Source: a bacterium (GTDB lineage Bacteria > Patescibacteriota > Doudnabacteria > UBA920). From it: DNA of 64,000 nucleotides. Position numbers and translations under genes: made by a program. The stretch spans positions 528,584 to 592,583 of the forward strand of contig CP064996.1 in NCBI GenBank assembly GCA_016699995.1, given 5' to 3'. The notes below the pieces were generated by a model. The model did no database searches. It was not told the origin of the DNA and worked only from the letters and a program-made list of their open reading frames with translations. Below, piece after piece: positions 27,192-34,831 of this stretch (position 1 is its first letter; the number at the start of each line of letters is the position of its first letter).

Positions 27192-28091
27192 ATGAAAAAA
27201 CACGCCCATCGGCAAGTCTGCGCGGTACTTCCCCCGCATGTGAACGAAAACGACCTCGCCTGGTCCACTGGCCAGCTGGAATCGCTGTTTAATATCCGCA
27301 AGGGGGGGTTTTCCAGCCGCCGCTTGATTAAAATCATGAACGAATTCATAAGCGGCTACAGATTTATCCGCCACTACAAAAAAGCGGTCAGCGTGTTCGG
27401 CTCGGCCCGTTCTGGCTTTGGCGACAAAGTCTACCAGGATGCGGCCAAACTCGGCTTTGAGCTGGCCTCAGACGGATTCGCAGTCATCACCGGCGGCGGT
27501 CCCGGCATCATGGAAGCCGCCAACGCCGGCGCCCTCAAAGCAGGCGGCGAAAGCGTCGGCCTCAACATCCAGCTGCCGACCGAACAACGCATCAACAAGT
27601 TCGTTAACGAATCATCCTCATTTCATTATTTCTTTACCCGCAAGGTAATGCTCGCTTCGGCTTCTCAGATCTATGTATTCTTCCCCGGCGGATACGGCAC
27701 CATGGACGAATTGTTCGAAATGCTCACCCTCATTCAAACTAAAAAAGTCGACCCTATTTTAATCATTCTGGTAAACAAAACATTCTGGAAGCCCATGTTG
27801 AAGTGGGTAGAGCAATCCATGTACGAAAAAAACCGAGCCATCTCCAAGTCGGATCTTAGCCTATTCAAAGTTGTGGCCGATGCCGACGAAGCGGTAGATT
27901 TAATCCGCCATTTGGTTGCCCGCAAAAAAATTGCCAAACACCCGCGCGAACTGGTCGGCAGCTATGGCAAAACTCCGGGAGGCATTCGCATGCCCAAGCG
28001 CCGCGGAAAAGTAGCTCCGAAGGTAAGCGAGATCAAAATAACCAGCCAGGTAATAAAGAGCGGCAAAAAAACCTCCAAGCGCAGCAGATAA
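27192..28091 (+). CDS. LOG-family protein (TIGR00730; cytokinin riboside 5'-monophosphate phosphoribohydrolase / 'lysine decarboxylase-like') with Lys-rich C-terminal tail, 299 aa
   Basis: VITGGGPGIMEAANAGA and the PGGxGTxxE motif (FFPGGYGTMDELFE). About 58% GC, which differs from the flanks. Confidence 0.8.
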   Translation: MKKHAHRQVCAVLPPHVNENDLAWSTGQLESLFNIRKGGFSSRRLIKIMNEFISGYRFIRHYKKAVSVFGSARSGFGDKVYQDAAKLGFELASDGFAVITGGGPGIMEAANAGALKAGGESVGLNIQLPTEQRINKFVNESSSFHYFFTRKVMLASASQIYVFFPGGYGTMDELFEMLTLIQTKKVDPILIILVNKTFWKPMLKWVEQSMYEKNRAISKSDLSLFKVVADADEAVDLIRHLVARKKIAKHPRELVGSYGKTPGGIRMPKRRGKVAPKVSEIKITSQVIKSGKKTSKRSR

Positions 28092-28108
28092 ATTTTTAAG
28101 CTTGATTC

Positions 28109-28615
28109 ATGGACTTCCTAAATACCAAAAAAAATTCTGAGTACGTATGGGCCTCCACTTTTGTGAACTATATTAACCAAAAGCACGGCACCAATTACCA
28201 AATCGACCCGGAGCTAGGCGAAAACTCCCCTATCGACATGCACCTGCAATGCGCCCGCTGCACAGAGCAGCATCTCGACCTGCAGCTCACCCACGCGATC
28301 GAAGTGCCCTTTATCGCCCTGCAGGAACATATGCCTATCGACTACAGCAAACAGCCTACCATCGACGCGATCGACCGCAAGCAGCAAAAGCTCCAGTCGC
28401 AGGGCGCCGACCTCTCGCAGATTATTCTCATCATTCAAGGTTACATGAACAGCACCCAAGCGGAGAAGGTGTTTAACGATGACGACTTTAACAAATACGC
28501 CGACTCGCCGTTTGCAGGAATCTATTACGTCTCCCCGCCAATGATCTCCGGAGAAACCGACGAATACATGCAAGACGGCCTGGTCGTTCCTATAAAAGAT
28601 TTTTTTAAAGAATAG
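28109..28615 (+). CDS. hypothetical protein, 168 aa (GC-rich)
   Basis: Long ORF with good coding periodicity. No recognisable motifs. The high GC produces spurious ORFs on the opposite strand (28214..28633). Confidence 0.45.
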   Translation: MDFLNTKKNSEYVWASTFVNYINQKHGTNYQIDPELGENSPIDMHLQCARCTEQHLDLQLTHAIEVPFIALQEHMPIDYSKQPTIDAIDRKQQKLQSQGADLSQIILIIQGYMNSTQAEKVFNDDDFNKYADSPFAGIYYVSPPMISGETDEYMQDGLVVPIKDFFKE

Positions 28616-28634
28616 CCGAGACAGCAGTGGCAAA

Positions 28635-28675
28635 ATAAAAAAAGGCAGTTCTAATCGAACTGCCTTGTATTAATT
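28635..28675. terminator. hairpin aaggcagttc-taatc-gaactgcctt between convergent genes (bidirectional terminator)
   Basis: 10-bp perfect stem flanked by A/T runs. Confidence 0.55.
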
Positions 28676-28695
28676 TTGGGTTATACCCGTTTAGG

Positions 28696-29217
28696 CTAGT
28701 CGCCCTTTTCGCCTGCGTCTTTGGCGAACTCAACGCTGTCTCCGCCGTAAACGACATAGTCATTGTTGACTTCCTGGCCATTAACGTAGGCTTTAGCCGC
28801 CGGAGAAATACTCAAAGCATCTCCCAGCTTGCCGCGCAGAGCGCGAATGGTCATGCCGCTCACGTTAAGCGACTTCTGGTGAGCGCCGCTGACAACTTGG
28901 ACAGCGGTGGCACCCGTGGCTTCGGCCAAACCGGTAGACTCGAACGCGATGCGGTCGCCGGCCTGGATCGTGTAATTATCACCGATCTGCTCGCCCGAAA
29001 CAAACGCTTTGTGGTGCTTGCCCAGGCTGAGGCTGGCGCCGTACTGGTCGCGAATGAAAAAGATCGATTTACCGACTGCGTCGGACTCAGGGATGTTGAT
29101 CACATTCCCGTCACACGACACCTCGATAACGTTATCCCTCGTTTCATCAAACAGATCCGCAAACATGTTACCGCCTGCTTCCGTAGTTTCCATATCAAAT
29201 TCGTTTTCATTTGCCAT
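28696..29217 (-). CDS. tandem ThiS/MoaD-like beta-grasp (ubiquitin-like) protein, two ~65-aa Ubl repeats after a ~30-aa leader, 173 aa
   Basis: Repeats ...ASLSLGKHHKAFVSGEQIGDNYTIQAGDRIAFESTG and ...DALSISPAAKAYVNGQEVNNDYVVYGGDSVEFAKDAG match the ThiS consensus (vavNGe.v.....l.dGD.vei). Preferred start ATG at 29217 (MANENEF) with GGAGG ~15 nt upstream, 8 nt after the E1 stop. The track ORF extends to 29343 but overlaps E1. Confidence 0.6.
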   Translation of the reverse strand: MANENEFDMETTEAGGNMFADLFDETRDNVIEVSCDGNVINIPESDAVGKSIFFIRDQYGASLSLGKHHKAFVSGEQIGDNYTIQAGDRIAFESTGLAEATGATAVQVVSGAHQKSLNVSGMTIRALRGKLGDALSISPAAKAYVNGQEVNNDYVVYGGDSVEFAKDAGEKGD

Positions 29218-29224
29218 AGTTCTT

Positions 29225-29968
29225 TTATAGTTCCTCCATACTTTTTGACGAGACCGCTCTTTGAGCAAGCCCCTTGATACTACAATATACAATATCCGGG
29301 AAAAAAGGCTTCTCGGTATAGTACACATTGTAGAAAACTTCACCCATTAGTGCCGCCACCCGCCAGTTGGTGAAAATCAGTTGGGGGGCTCCTGCGACAG
29401 CCAGTTCTTCACAACCGGCTTCGCCTGGATTCTTATCCTTTGGATCACCGATCGAAGGCGAGCTTTCGACTAGGGATTTAGTGAAATTTTCACCATCTTT
29501 CCTAATGTACAGCTGTACGCTTCCGTCGTCAAACTCATTTCCGCCGCAGATCATCACCGCATCGGCGAGATCTTCGAACCGTTCGGAAAAGAGCTTTCGT
29601 GAAGCATTATTATCCACTCCCATGAACACCAGATCATTTTCCCGGACATGCCGGTTGATGTTAGCCTTGGTTACGTACTCCATGACTGTCGATATTCTGA
29701 GATTGGTAAAATGCGCGACTTGATCTCTCAGAAGCTCGGCCTTATAGCCAAGCCCGTTGAAATTTTGTCTGGTAAAATTCCGTTCTTCTACTTTGTCGCC
29801 ATCGATGAGGACGATCTCCGTCTTTTCTCCACCTTCCTTATGGGCAAAGTGCAGAAATCGGCATAGGGGCGGGACAAGCCAGCCCCCAATGCCGCCACAT
29901 CCAACCACGACAATGCGGTTGAATTTATTGATCATTAGTTCCCTCCTTAACTGCCGTTTCAGTTGCAA
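29225..29968 (-). CDS. minimal E1-like (ThiF/MoeB superfamily) adenylyltransferase, 247 aa
   Basis: NRIVVVGCGGIGGWLVPPL...IVLIDGDKVEERNFTRQNF is the E1 nucleotide-binding signature. No rhodanese or Cys-rich C-terminal domain. 5' end overlaps JAB gene by ~44 nt. Confidence 0.75.
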   Translation of the reverse strand: MQLKRQLRRELMINKFNRIVVVGCGGIGGWLVPPLCRFLHFAHKEGGEKTEIVLIDGDKVEERNFTRQNFNGLGYKAELLRDQVAHFTNLRISTVMEYVTKANINRHVRENDLVFMGVDNNASRKLFSERFEDLADAVMICGGNEFDDGSVQLYIRKDGENFTKSLVESSPSIGDPKDKNPGEAGCEELAVAGAPQLIFTNWRVAALMGEVFYNVYYTEKPFFPDIVYCSIKGLAQRAVSSKSMEEL

Positions 29969-31667
29969 CCTCTACTATCACGGCATCCGCTTCCGGAGCC
30001 GTTGGAGCAACAATGACCGGCTCCAAAGGTGTCGGAACAGGCACATAGGGTGTTGTCAAACTTAACGGGTTTACAGCACTGTGCGGTATCTTCGAATTGC
30101 CGCTGACCGAAACTTCAGCCTTCGCCGGAGCATTTGCTTCGGGCAGGGCTGGAGGTTTCGGAGGCGGTCCTTCCCCTGGGAGGTACGGTGTCGTTCTCGA
30201 ACCGCTTCTCGAAAAGGCTCCGGGATTTTGATTCATCCCGGATTTTTGGGCCATCGGTTTATAAGGTGGCCTAAAAAAGGATCTTTCTCTCACCATATCG
30301 AACCAGGATGTTGGGAAGTTGATCTGTTTTGCAGAAGTTATTTGCTCCGGCAAAATCAAATCATATTCCTTTCCAGTTCTAGACACGCCGCCAAACCAGC
30401 CGCCGTCATTGCTGCTTTCGGATACATACCCCTTAACCGACGGCCTCGGATTGACATCCTTGACAGGTTCCGGTTTTGGGGCAGCACCTCCGATCGGAAC
30501 AATAGGCACGGTATATTTCCACAACCGATGCCATGCGCGATAGGTATAGTAGCGACAAACGCCAAGCTGATGGTCTTCTCCGATCTTGTTCTGAGCTACT
30601 TCCGGTCCATCGAGTTCCTGCCATGTCCTCCACTTAAGGGAGATACACAGCATGATAAAGAATGAAATCGGCAAAAACAGCCAGAACACCAACCGGTCTT
30701 CGAACTTCACTCGTTCCGGGTACTTAAGCGTCGGTCGGTAAGACACGCTTCTTCGTACCTGGTCTGCGATCGCCGGACTTGCTTTTCCATGACCAGGCAC
30801 TACCGGGGTTGGATCCCCAGGAATAACCTGGATCTTTGTTGCGATTACAGCAGGCGGTCCGTCTAACGGCTGCTCTTGCGGCTGCTCCACAGCCACAGGC
30901 TGGGTTTCGACAGCCGGTTCCGGAGTCTCGACCGGTTTTGGCTCTTCCGCCTCCTTGGCAGCTTTTTTGATGTTATAAAGAAGCTTGCCTAAGGTATTGC
31001 CTTGATAAGCACTGCCGTAACTTGTAAGGACAAGCCCGTCGATCACATCTTCCGGTTTAACTTTAAACCGGCTTGCGTTGACCGACAGTTCGGAGCTGAC
31101 GGAGAATCCGCCCCAATCCATATTCCCCAAAGTTACGTGCAGACCGTCGAAGTTGATCTCATCGTGAGTATCGGTACCAGAATGATAGGCCGCGAAACCT
31201 GCGTGGGAATGGATAGAACCAACCAGCAGGTAGCCCGGTTTGCGGGGCGGCGGCTTGTAAGAGATGCCTCCGCCCGAAACATCCTGTTCCGGACATCCGA
31301 AGAAATACTTTTGGTCGTGCAGCGAGTAATAGATTAAGACCATCGCTTCGGCCTTGCGGGCTTCATACACCATCTTAAAAAAGTAAGCGGTATGAATCAT
31401 CTCCTTCAGCGGCAGTTTAGGCAAAAGCCATTCTGCCGATTCGCGATGAGGCGCAAGGTCACCAATTGCCTTCACTTTCACCGTGGCGTCCAGCACGCTA
31501 GTTCTCTTATGAACGAACGGGCCGTTGGAAGCCAAGATGTAGTGATAATCAGGCGGCTGAAATCCTGGTGCAAATAGCGGAGCCCCCGTCCTTTTGATAA
31601 AGACCGGGATATCCCCATTATTGTTTGCAGTCGGCACAGCCGGAGTAACGTTTATCTTTTCTGTCAT
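29925..31667 (-). CDS. JAB/MPN+ (JAMM) metallopeptidase domain protein with Pro-rich linker, single TM helix and large C-terminal region, 580 aa
   Basis: JAMM motif GSIHSHAGFAAYHSGTDTHDE (HxHx7Sx2D) with upstream Glu. PEPAVETQPVAVEQPQEQP linker. TM LVFWLFLPISFFIMLCISL. Start overlaps upstream gene stop (ATGA). Confidence 0.8.
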   Translation of the reverse strand: MTEKINVTPAVPTANNNGDIPVFIKRTGAPLFAPGFQPPDYHYILASNGPFVHKRTSVLDATVKVKAIGDLAPHRESAEWLLPKLPLKEMIHTAYFFKMVYEARKAEAMVLIYYSLHDQKYFFGCPEQDVSGGGISYKPPPRKPGYLLVGSIHSHAGFAAYHSGTDTHDEINFDGLHVTLGNMDWGGFSVSSELSVNASRFKVKPEDVIDGLVLTSYGSAYQGNTLGKLLYNIKKAAKEAEEPKPVETPEPAVETQPVAVEQPQEQPLDGPPAVIATKIQVIPGDPTPVVPGHGKASPAIADQVRRSVSYRPTLKYPERVKFEDRLVFWLFLPISFFIMLCISLKWRTWQELDGPEVAQNKIGEDHQLGVCRYYTYRAWHRLWKYTVPIVPIGGAAPKPEPVKDVNPRPSVKGYVSESSNDGGWFGGVSRTGKEYDLILPEQITSAKQINFPTSWFDMVRERSFFRPPYKPMAQKSGMNQNPGAFSRSGSRTTPYLPGEGPPPKPPALPEANAPAKAEVSVSGNSKIPHSAVNPLSLTTPYVPVPTPLEPVIVAPTAPEADAVIVEVATETAVKEGTNDQ

Positions 31668-33271
31668 GCCTTCAATTTTCTCCTTAACATATTCTCAGAC
31701 AGCGTGAGCGGCGTAGCTTGTAGCCTTATAGGCACTTCTTCGCTTAGCTCCTCAAAATGATTTTGAACCGTTTCGTGAAAGCGCTCCACGATAGTATCGT
31801 GAAACCTGGCCACTAGCGCCGGATTCAAAGAGTCGGGGAATGCCTGGAAAAAATCTTCTCCAAACATCGACCACGCAGCCTTAATCTGCCTCCGCAAGTG
31901 TTCTTCTAATTTCTGAACAGTTACTTTGCCAAACTTGTTCTTTGTAGTCAGGTTCTCTTTGAGCTTTTTAGCGATTCGCTTGCCAACTCCGAGGCGGAAT
32001 TCCTCGCCAAAAGCGCGGATCACCTCTTCGGTGTTGCGGTCAACAGCTTTGCCGCCTTTGGTGGCTGCAATGCCGCTGCCGTAGTGATTGATGTAGTCCT
32101 CAAGCGTATAGCCCTTTCGCCAGGTTTCTGGCTCCAAGGCGAACGTATGATCTCGGATCGACAGGTCTTCCCACTTTTTAAAGCCTACTGCCGCGCCGCC
32201 GGAACCAGTATTGATTCCCGCCGGGAAGTAGACGTTGCCAGTCCAATGGCTATTAAACCGGCTTTCCCAAAAATGGCTGATGCCTCTCTGGATTTCGCGG
32301 TAAACATCCCGATTGGAACTACCTGGCAACTGCGTGCAGATTCTGTACATGTTGGCCGCGCTATCAAAGTTGGGTAGATTCGGCAGGTACAGCTGGTCGG
32401 TTCTTGACTCGATAGGTTTTAAACTATAGGCCATGGTCATGTTTTGGATCTGACCGCCAATCAACCGTATAAAGAAGACCGTGTAAGGGAAAGCCAGACG
32501 CATACGCGTCATTCCCCTTTCGGTTCGGCCCGCGATGGTGAAGTAGCTCTGATCGATTACAATCGTCCGAACGCGAGGTTCTTCTTCCACAACAACCAAA
32601 GCCTGGTCGCCGCTAGCAAAGAAGTACTTCACATTTTTCGGAAACACGTTTTGCGTGCCAATGGCAGCGTACTGTTTGGAAACGTCGATAATGTTTTTGA
32701 CGACTTTATCAAACGCTCCCTTCCACAAGCTCTCGATCTCCTGGACCAATTCGTCTTCCAGATAACCTGTAACTTCGTCTTTATAACTTGCCAATGCCTG
32801 GTCAACGATTTCTTGCGCCGTAGCCTTAACCGCCTTAAAGTCGGTGAACTCTTTTTCCATGGCCATCTTCGCTGCTACTTCCCTTGCTTTAGGGGCGAGG
32901 GACTTAACAATATGAGAGGCCAAGTCCATTGCAACATGGTTATCCATTTCTGTAAGCCCAGATAGCTGCCTCGAAGCGATCTTTAAACCAAGTTCGCGGA
33001 ATGCTCGAGTTTTGCTATCACCCAAAATCATGCCTTTGAACATGTCAAAGCTGACCTTTGCGATAGTAACTTCTGAATATATAGGTGTGGGCAAAAGCCT
33101 CCACCGGACATCAACACGACCTTTTATTAAGCTGGCAGAGCCATCTTCGTCCATCATAATGCGAGCGGGACGGTCGATCATGTCGAGATATTCAGGAGCA
33201 ACCTGCTCTACAAACCATTGCTTGATAACGCCGCTAAGCGTGTCATCAAAAGATTCGTACATTGCTGACAT
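31664..33271 (-). CDS. uncharacterised 535-aa protein, first gene of the Ubl operon; central segment resembles an E2/UBC-like active-site arrangement (hypothesis)
   Basis: AFPYTVFFIRL...LYLPNLPNFDSAANMYRICTQLPG resembles the E2 pattern (fP..Pf...F....HPN....G.ICL.iL), with LPN in place of HPN and one candidate Cys. The rest is unassigned. Confidence 0.4.
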   Translation of the reverse strand: MSAMYESFDDTLSGVIKQWFVEQVAPEYLDMIDRPARIMMDEDGSASLIKGRVDVRWRLLPTPIYSEVTIAKVSFDMFKGMILGDSKTRAFRELGLKIASRQLSGLTEMDNHVAMDLASHIVKSLAPKAREVAAKMAMEKEFTDFKAVKATAQEIVDQALASYKDEVTGYLEDELVQEIESLWKGAFDKVVKNIIDVSKQYAAIGTQNVFPKNVKYFFASGDQALVVVEEEPRVRTIVIDQSYFTIAGRTERGMTRMRLAFPYTVFFIRLIGGQIQNMTMAYSLKPIESRTDQLYLPNLPNFDSAANMYRICTQLPGSSNRDVYREIQRGISHFWESRFNSHWTGNVYFPAGINTGSGGAAVGFKKWEDLSIRDHTFALEPETWRKGYTLEDYINHYGSGIAATKGGKAVDRNTEEVIRAFGEEFRLGVGKRIAKKLKENLTTKNKFGKVTVQKLEEHLRRQIKAAWSMFGEDFFQAFPDSLNPALVARFHDTIVERFHETVQNHFEELSEEVPIRLQATPLTLSENMLRRKLKA

Positions 33272-33382
33272 AATATCCTCCTAAATGTATGAAAAGTACC
33301 CTTTGCCGGTAATTCGGCAAAGACTTGTAAGAGTAACATATGAAGCAGAAAAAGTCAATTCCCTTTCAACTAAGAATAAAAA

Positions 33383-33412
33383 CAAAAAATCCCTTAAATA
33401 TAAGGGATTTTT
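33383..33412 (-). terminator. rho-independent terminator of the rplM-rpsI transcription unit
   Basis: aaaatcccttatatttaagggatttttt on the minus strand, 15 nt after the rpsI stop. Confidence 0.65.
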
Positions 33413-33426
33413 GAGTATAAAAGGGA

Positions 33427-33987
33427 TTAACGCTTTGCCCACTGTGGCGAACGGCGCGCACCGCGGAGACCTGGCTTTTTTCGTTCCTTTTTACGGTCGT
33501 CTCGGGTCAAGAAACCGTTCTTCTTGAGCACGCTTTGAAGGTCGTTGTTAAGCTTAGACAAGGCCTGAGCTACGCCATGACGCACTGCTTCCACCTGGGA
33601 ATTGCGTCCGCCGCCGGCAACGTGGCTAGTAAAATAATACTCGCCCATCAAGCCGGTTACCGCCAAAGGACGGAGTGCAGTGTCTTGCTGCGGCTTGTTA
33701 GGAAAATAAGCTTCGAAAGCTTTCTTGTTAACAATATTGTCACCACTGCCTGCAAATAATCGCACGTTGGCAATCGCCGTCTTGCGTCGGCCGGTGGCAA
33801 AGATATATTTGCCGGAAGCAGGCTTGGCATGATCTGCAGTCTTCGCGCTAGAGGACTTTGCAACTACTGCCTTAACCTCCGCCTTTGGAGCTGCTTCCTT
33901 TTTTGGAGCAACTTTTTTAGCGACGGCCTTTGCAGGGGCCTTCTTGGCTACAGTTTTTTTAGCTGGAGTTTTCTTTGGAGTTACCAT
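33427..33987 (-). CDS. rpsI: 30S ribosomal protein S9 with ~60-aa Lys/Ala-rich (histone H1-like) N-terminal extension
   Basis: C-terminal ...GGGRNSQVEAVRHGVAQAL...KKPGLRGARRSPQWAKR matches the S9 end (..RRAPQFSKR). N-terminal PKKTPAKKTVAKKAPAKAVAKK low-complexity region. Confidence 0.9.
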   Translation of the reverse strand: MVTPKKTPAKKTVAKKAPAKAVAKKVAPKKEAAPKAEVKAVVAKSSSAKTADHAKPASGKYIFATGRRKTAIANVRLFAGSGDNIVNKKAFEAYFPNKPQQDTALRPLAVTGLMGEYYFTSHVAGGGRNSQVEAVRHGVAQALSKLNNDLQSVLKKNGFLTRDDRKKERKKPGLRGARRSPQWAKR

Positions 33988-33989
33988 AA

Positions 33990-34421
33990 TTATTTAATCT
34001 CTTTATCAATCTTATAAGTGTGCTTATCGCCTTTTACAAGCTTGAGGCGAGAAACCATTGTCTTACGAAATTTAACTTCATCAAGCATAGAAAATACTGC
34101 GCGCTGCAAAACCTTTTCCGGGTTGCGTACGATTTCATCTTTCAAAGTCTTAGTCTTGAGTCCGCCCAAGTAGCCGGAGTGATGATAATACTTCTTCTGC
34201 TCAACCTTGCGGCCGGTAAACTTTAGCTTATCCACGTTGATAGCGACTACAAAATCACCCATATCCATATGAGGAGTAAAGTTGCGCTTGTGCTTGCCGC
34301 GAAGAACGTTAGCAATCTTGGTAGCTACGCGTCCCATAGTCTGGCCGCTTGCATCGACAACGAACCATTGGCGGGAAATTTCTGATACTTTTGGTAGAGT
34401 AATTTTTTGAGTCTTTAACAT
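33990..34421 (-). CDS. rplM: 50S ribosomal protein L13
   Basis: QWFVVDASGQTMGRVATKIANVLRGKHK...YHHSGYLGGLK is the canonical L13. Confidence 0.9.
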   Translation of the reverse strand: MLKTQKITLPKVSEISRQWFVVDASGQTMGRVATKIANVLRGKHKRNFTPHMDMGDFVVAINVDKLKFTGRKVEQKKYYHHSGYLGGLKTKTLKDEIVRNPEKVLQRAVFSMLDEVKFRKTMVSRLKLVKGDKHTYKIDKEIK

Positions 34422-34436
34422 ATATTTATCTAAACC

Positions 34437-34781
34437 TTATTCTACAAATTCCAACACTGCTTTAGAAAGACCAGCTTTTGGATTATTCAACTTAGTTAAT
34501 CTTAAATAGCCACCATTGCGAGCGCTATAGCGAGGGCCGTAAACTTCCAATGCTTTTGCAGTTGCATTGCGGGACAGCTTAGACAACAGCATGCGGCGGT
34601 TGTGCAAAGTGTTTTCTTTCGAACGGGTAATCAGCTTTTCTAAGTAAGGCTTAACGGCGCGGGCATTAGCGTAAGAAGTTTCGATTCTTTCGTATAGGAT
34701 CGCTGAAGAAGCCAAAGTACGCAACAATTTGCGGCGATGGTCCATGCCTTTTCCAAATTTTTTCTTCTTCTGGTGTCTCAT
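34437..34781 (-). CDS. rplQ: 50S ribosomal protein L17 (start chosen at MRHQKKKK; the ORF extends to 34823 with a GTG start)
   Basis: MRHQKKKKFGKGMDHRRKLLRTLASS...GGYLRLTK matches L17. Confidence 0.8.
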   Translation of the reverse strand: MRHQKKKKFGKGMDHRRKLLRTLASSAILYERIETSYANARAVKPYLEKLITRSKENTLHNRRMLLSKLSRNATAKALEVYGPRYSARNGGYLRLTKLNNPKAGLSKAVLEFVE

Positions 34782-34831
34782 AAAATAATAATTATCTTTA
34801 ATTGTCGGCGCTAAGGCTAGCACCCGGGAGA

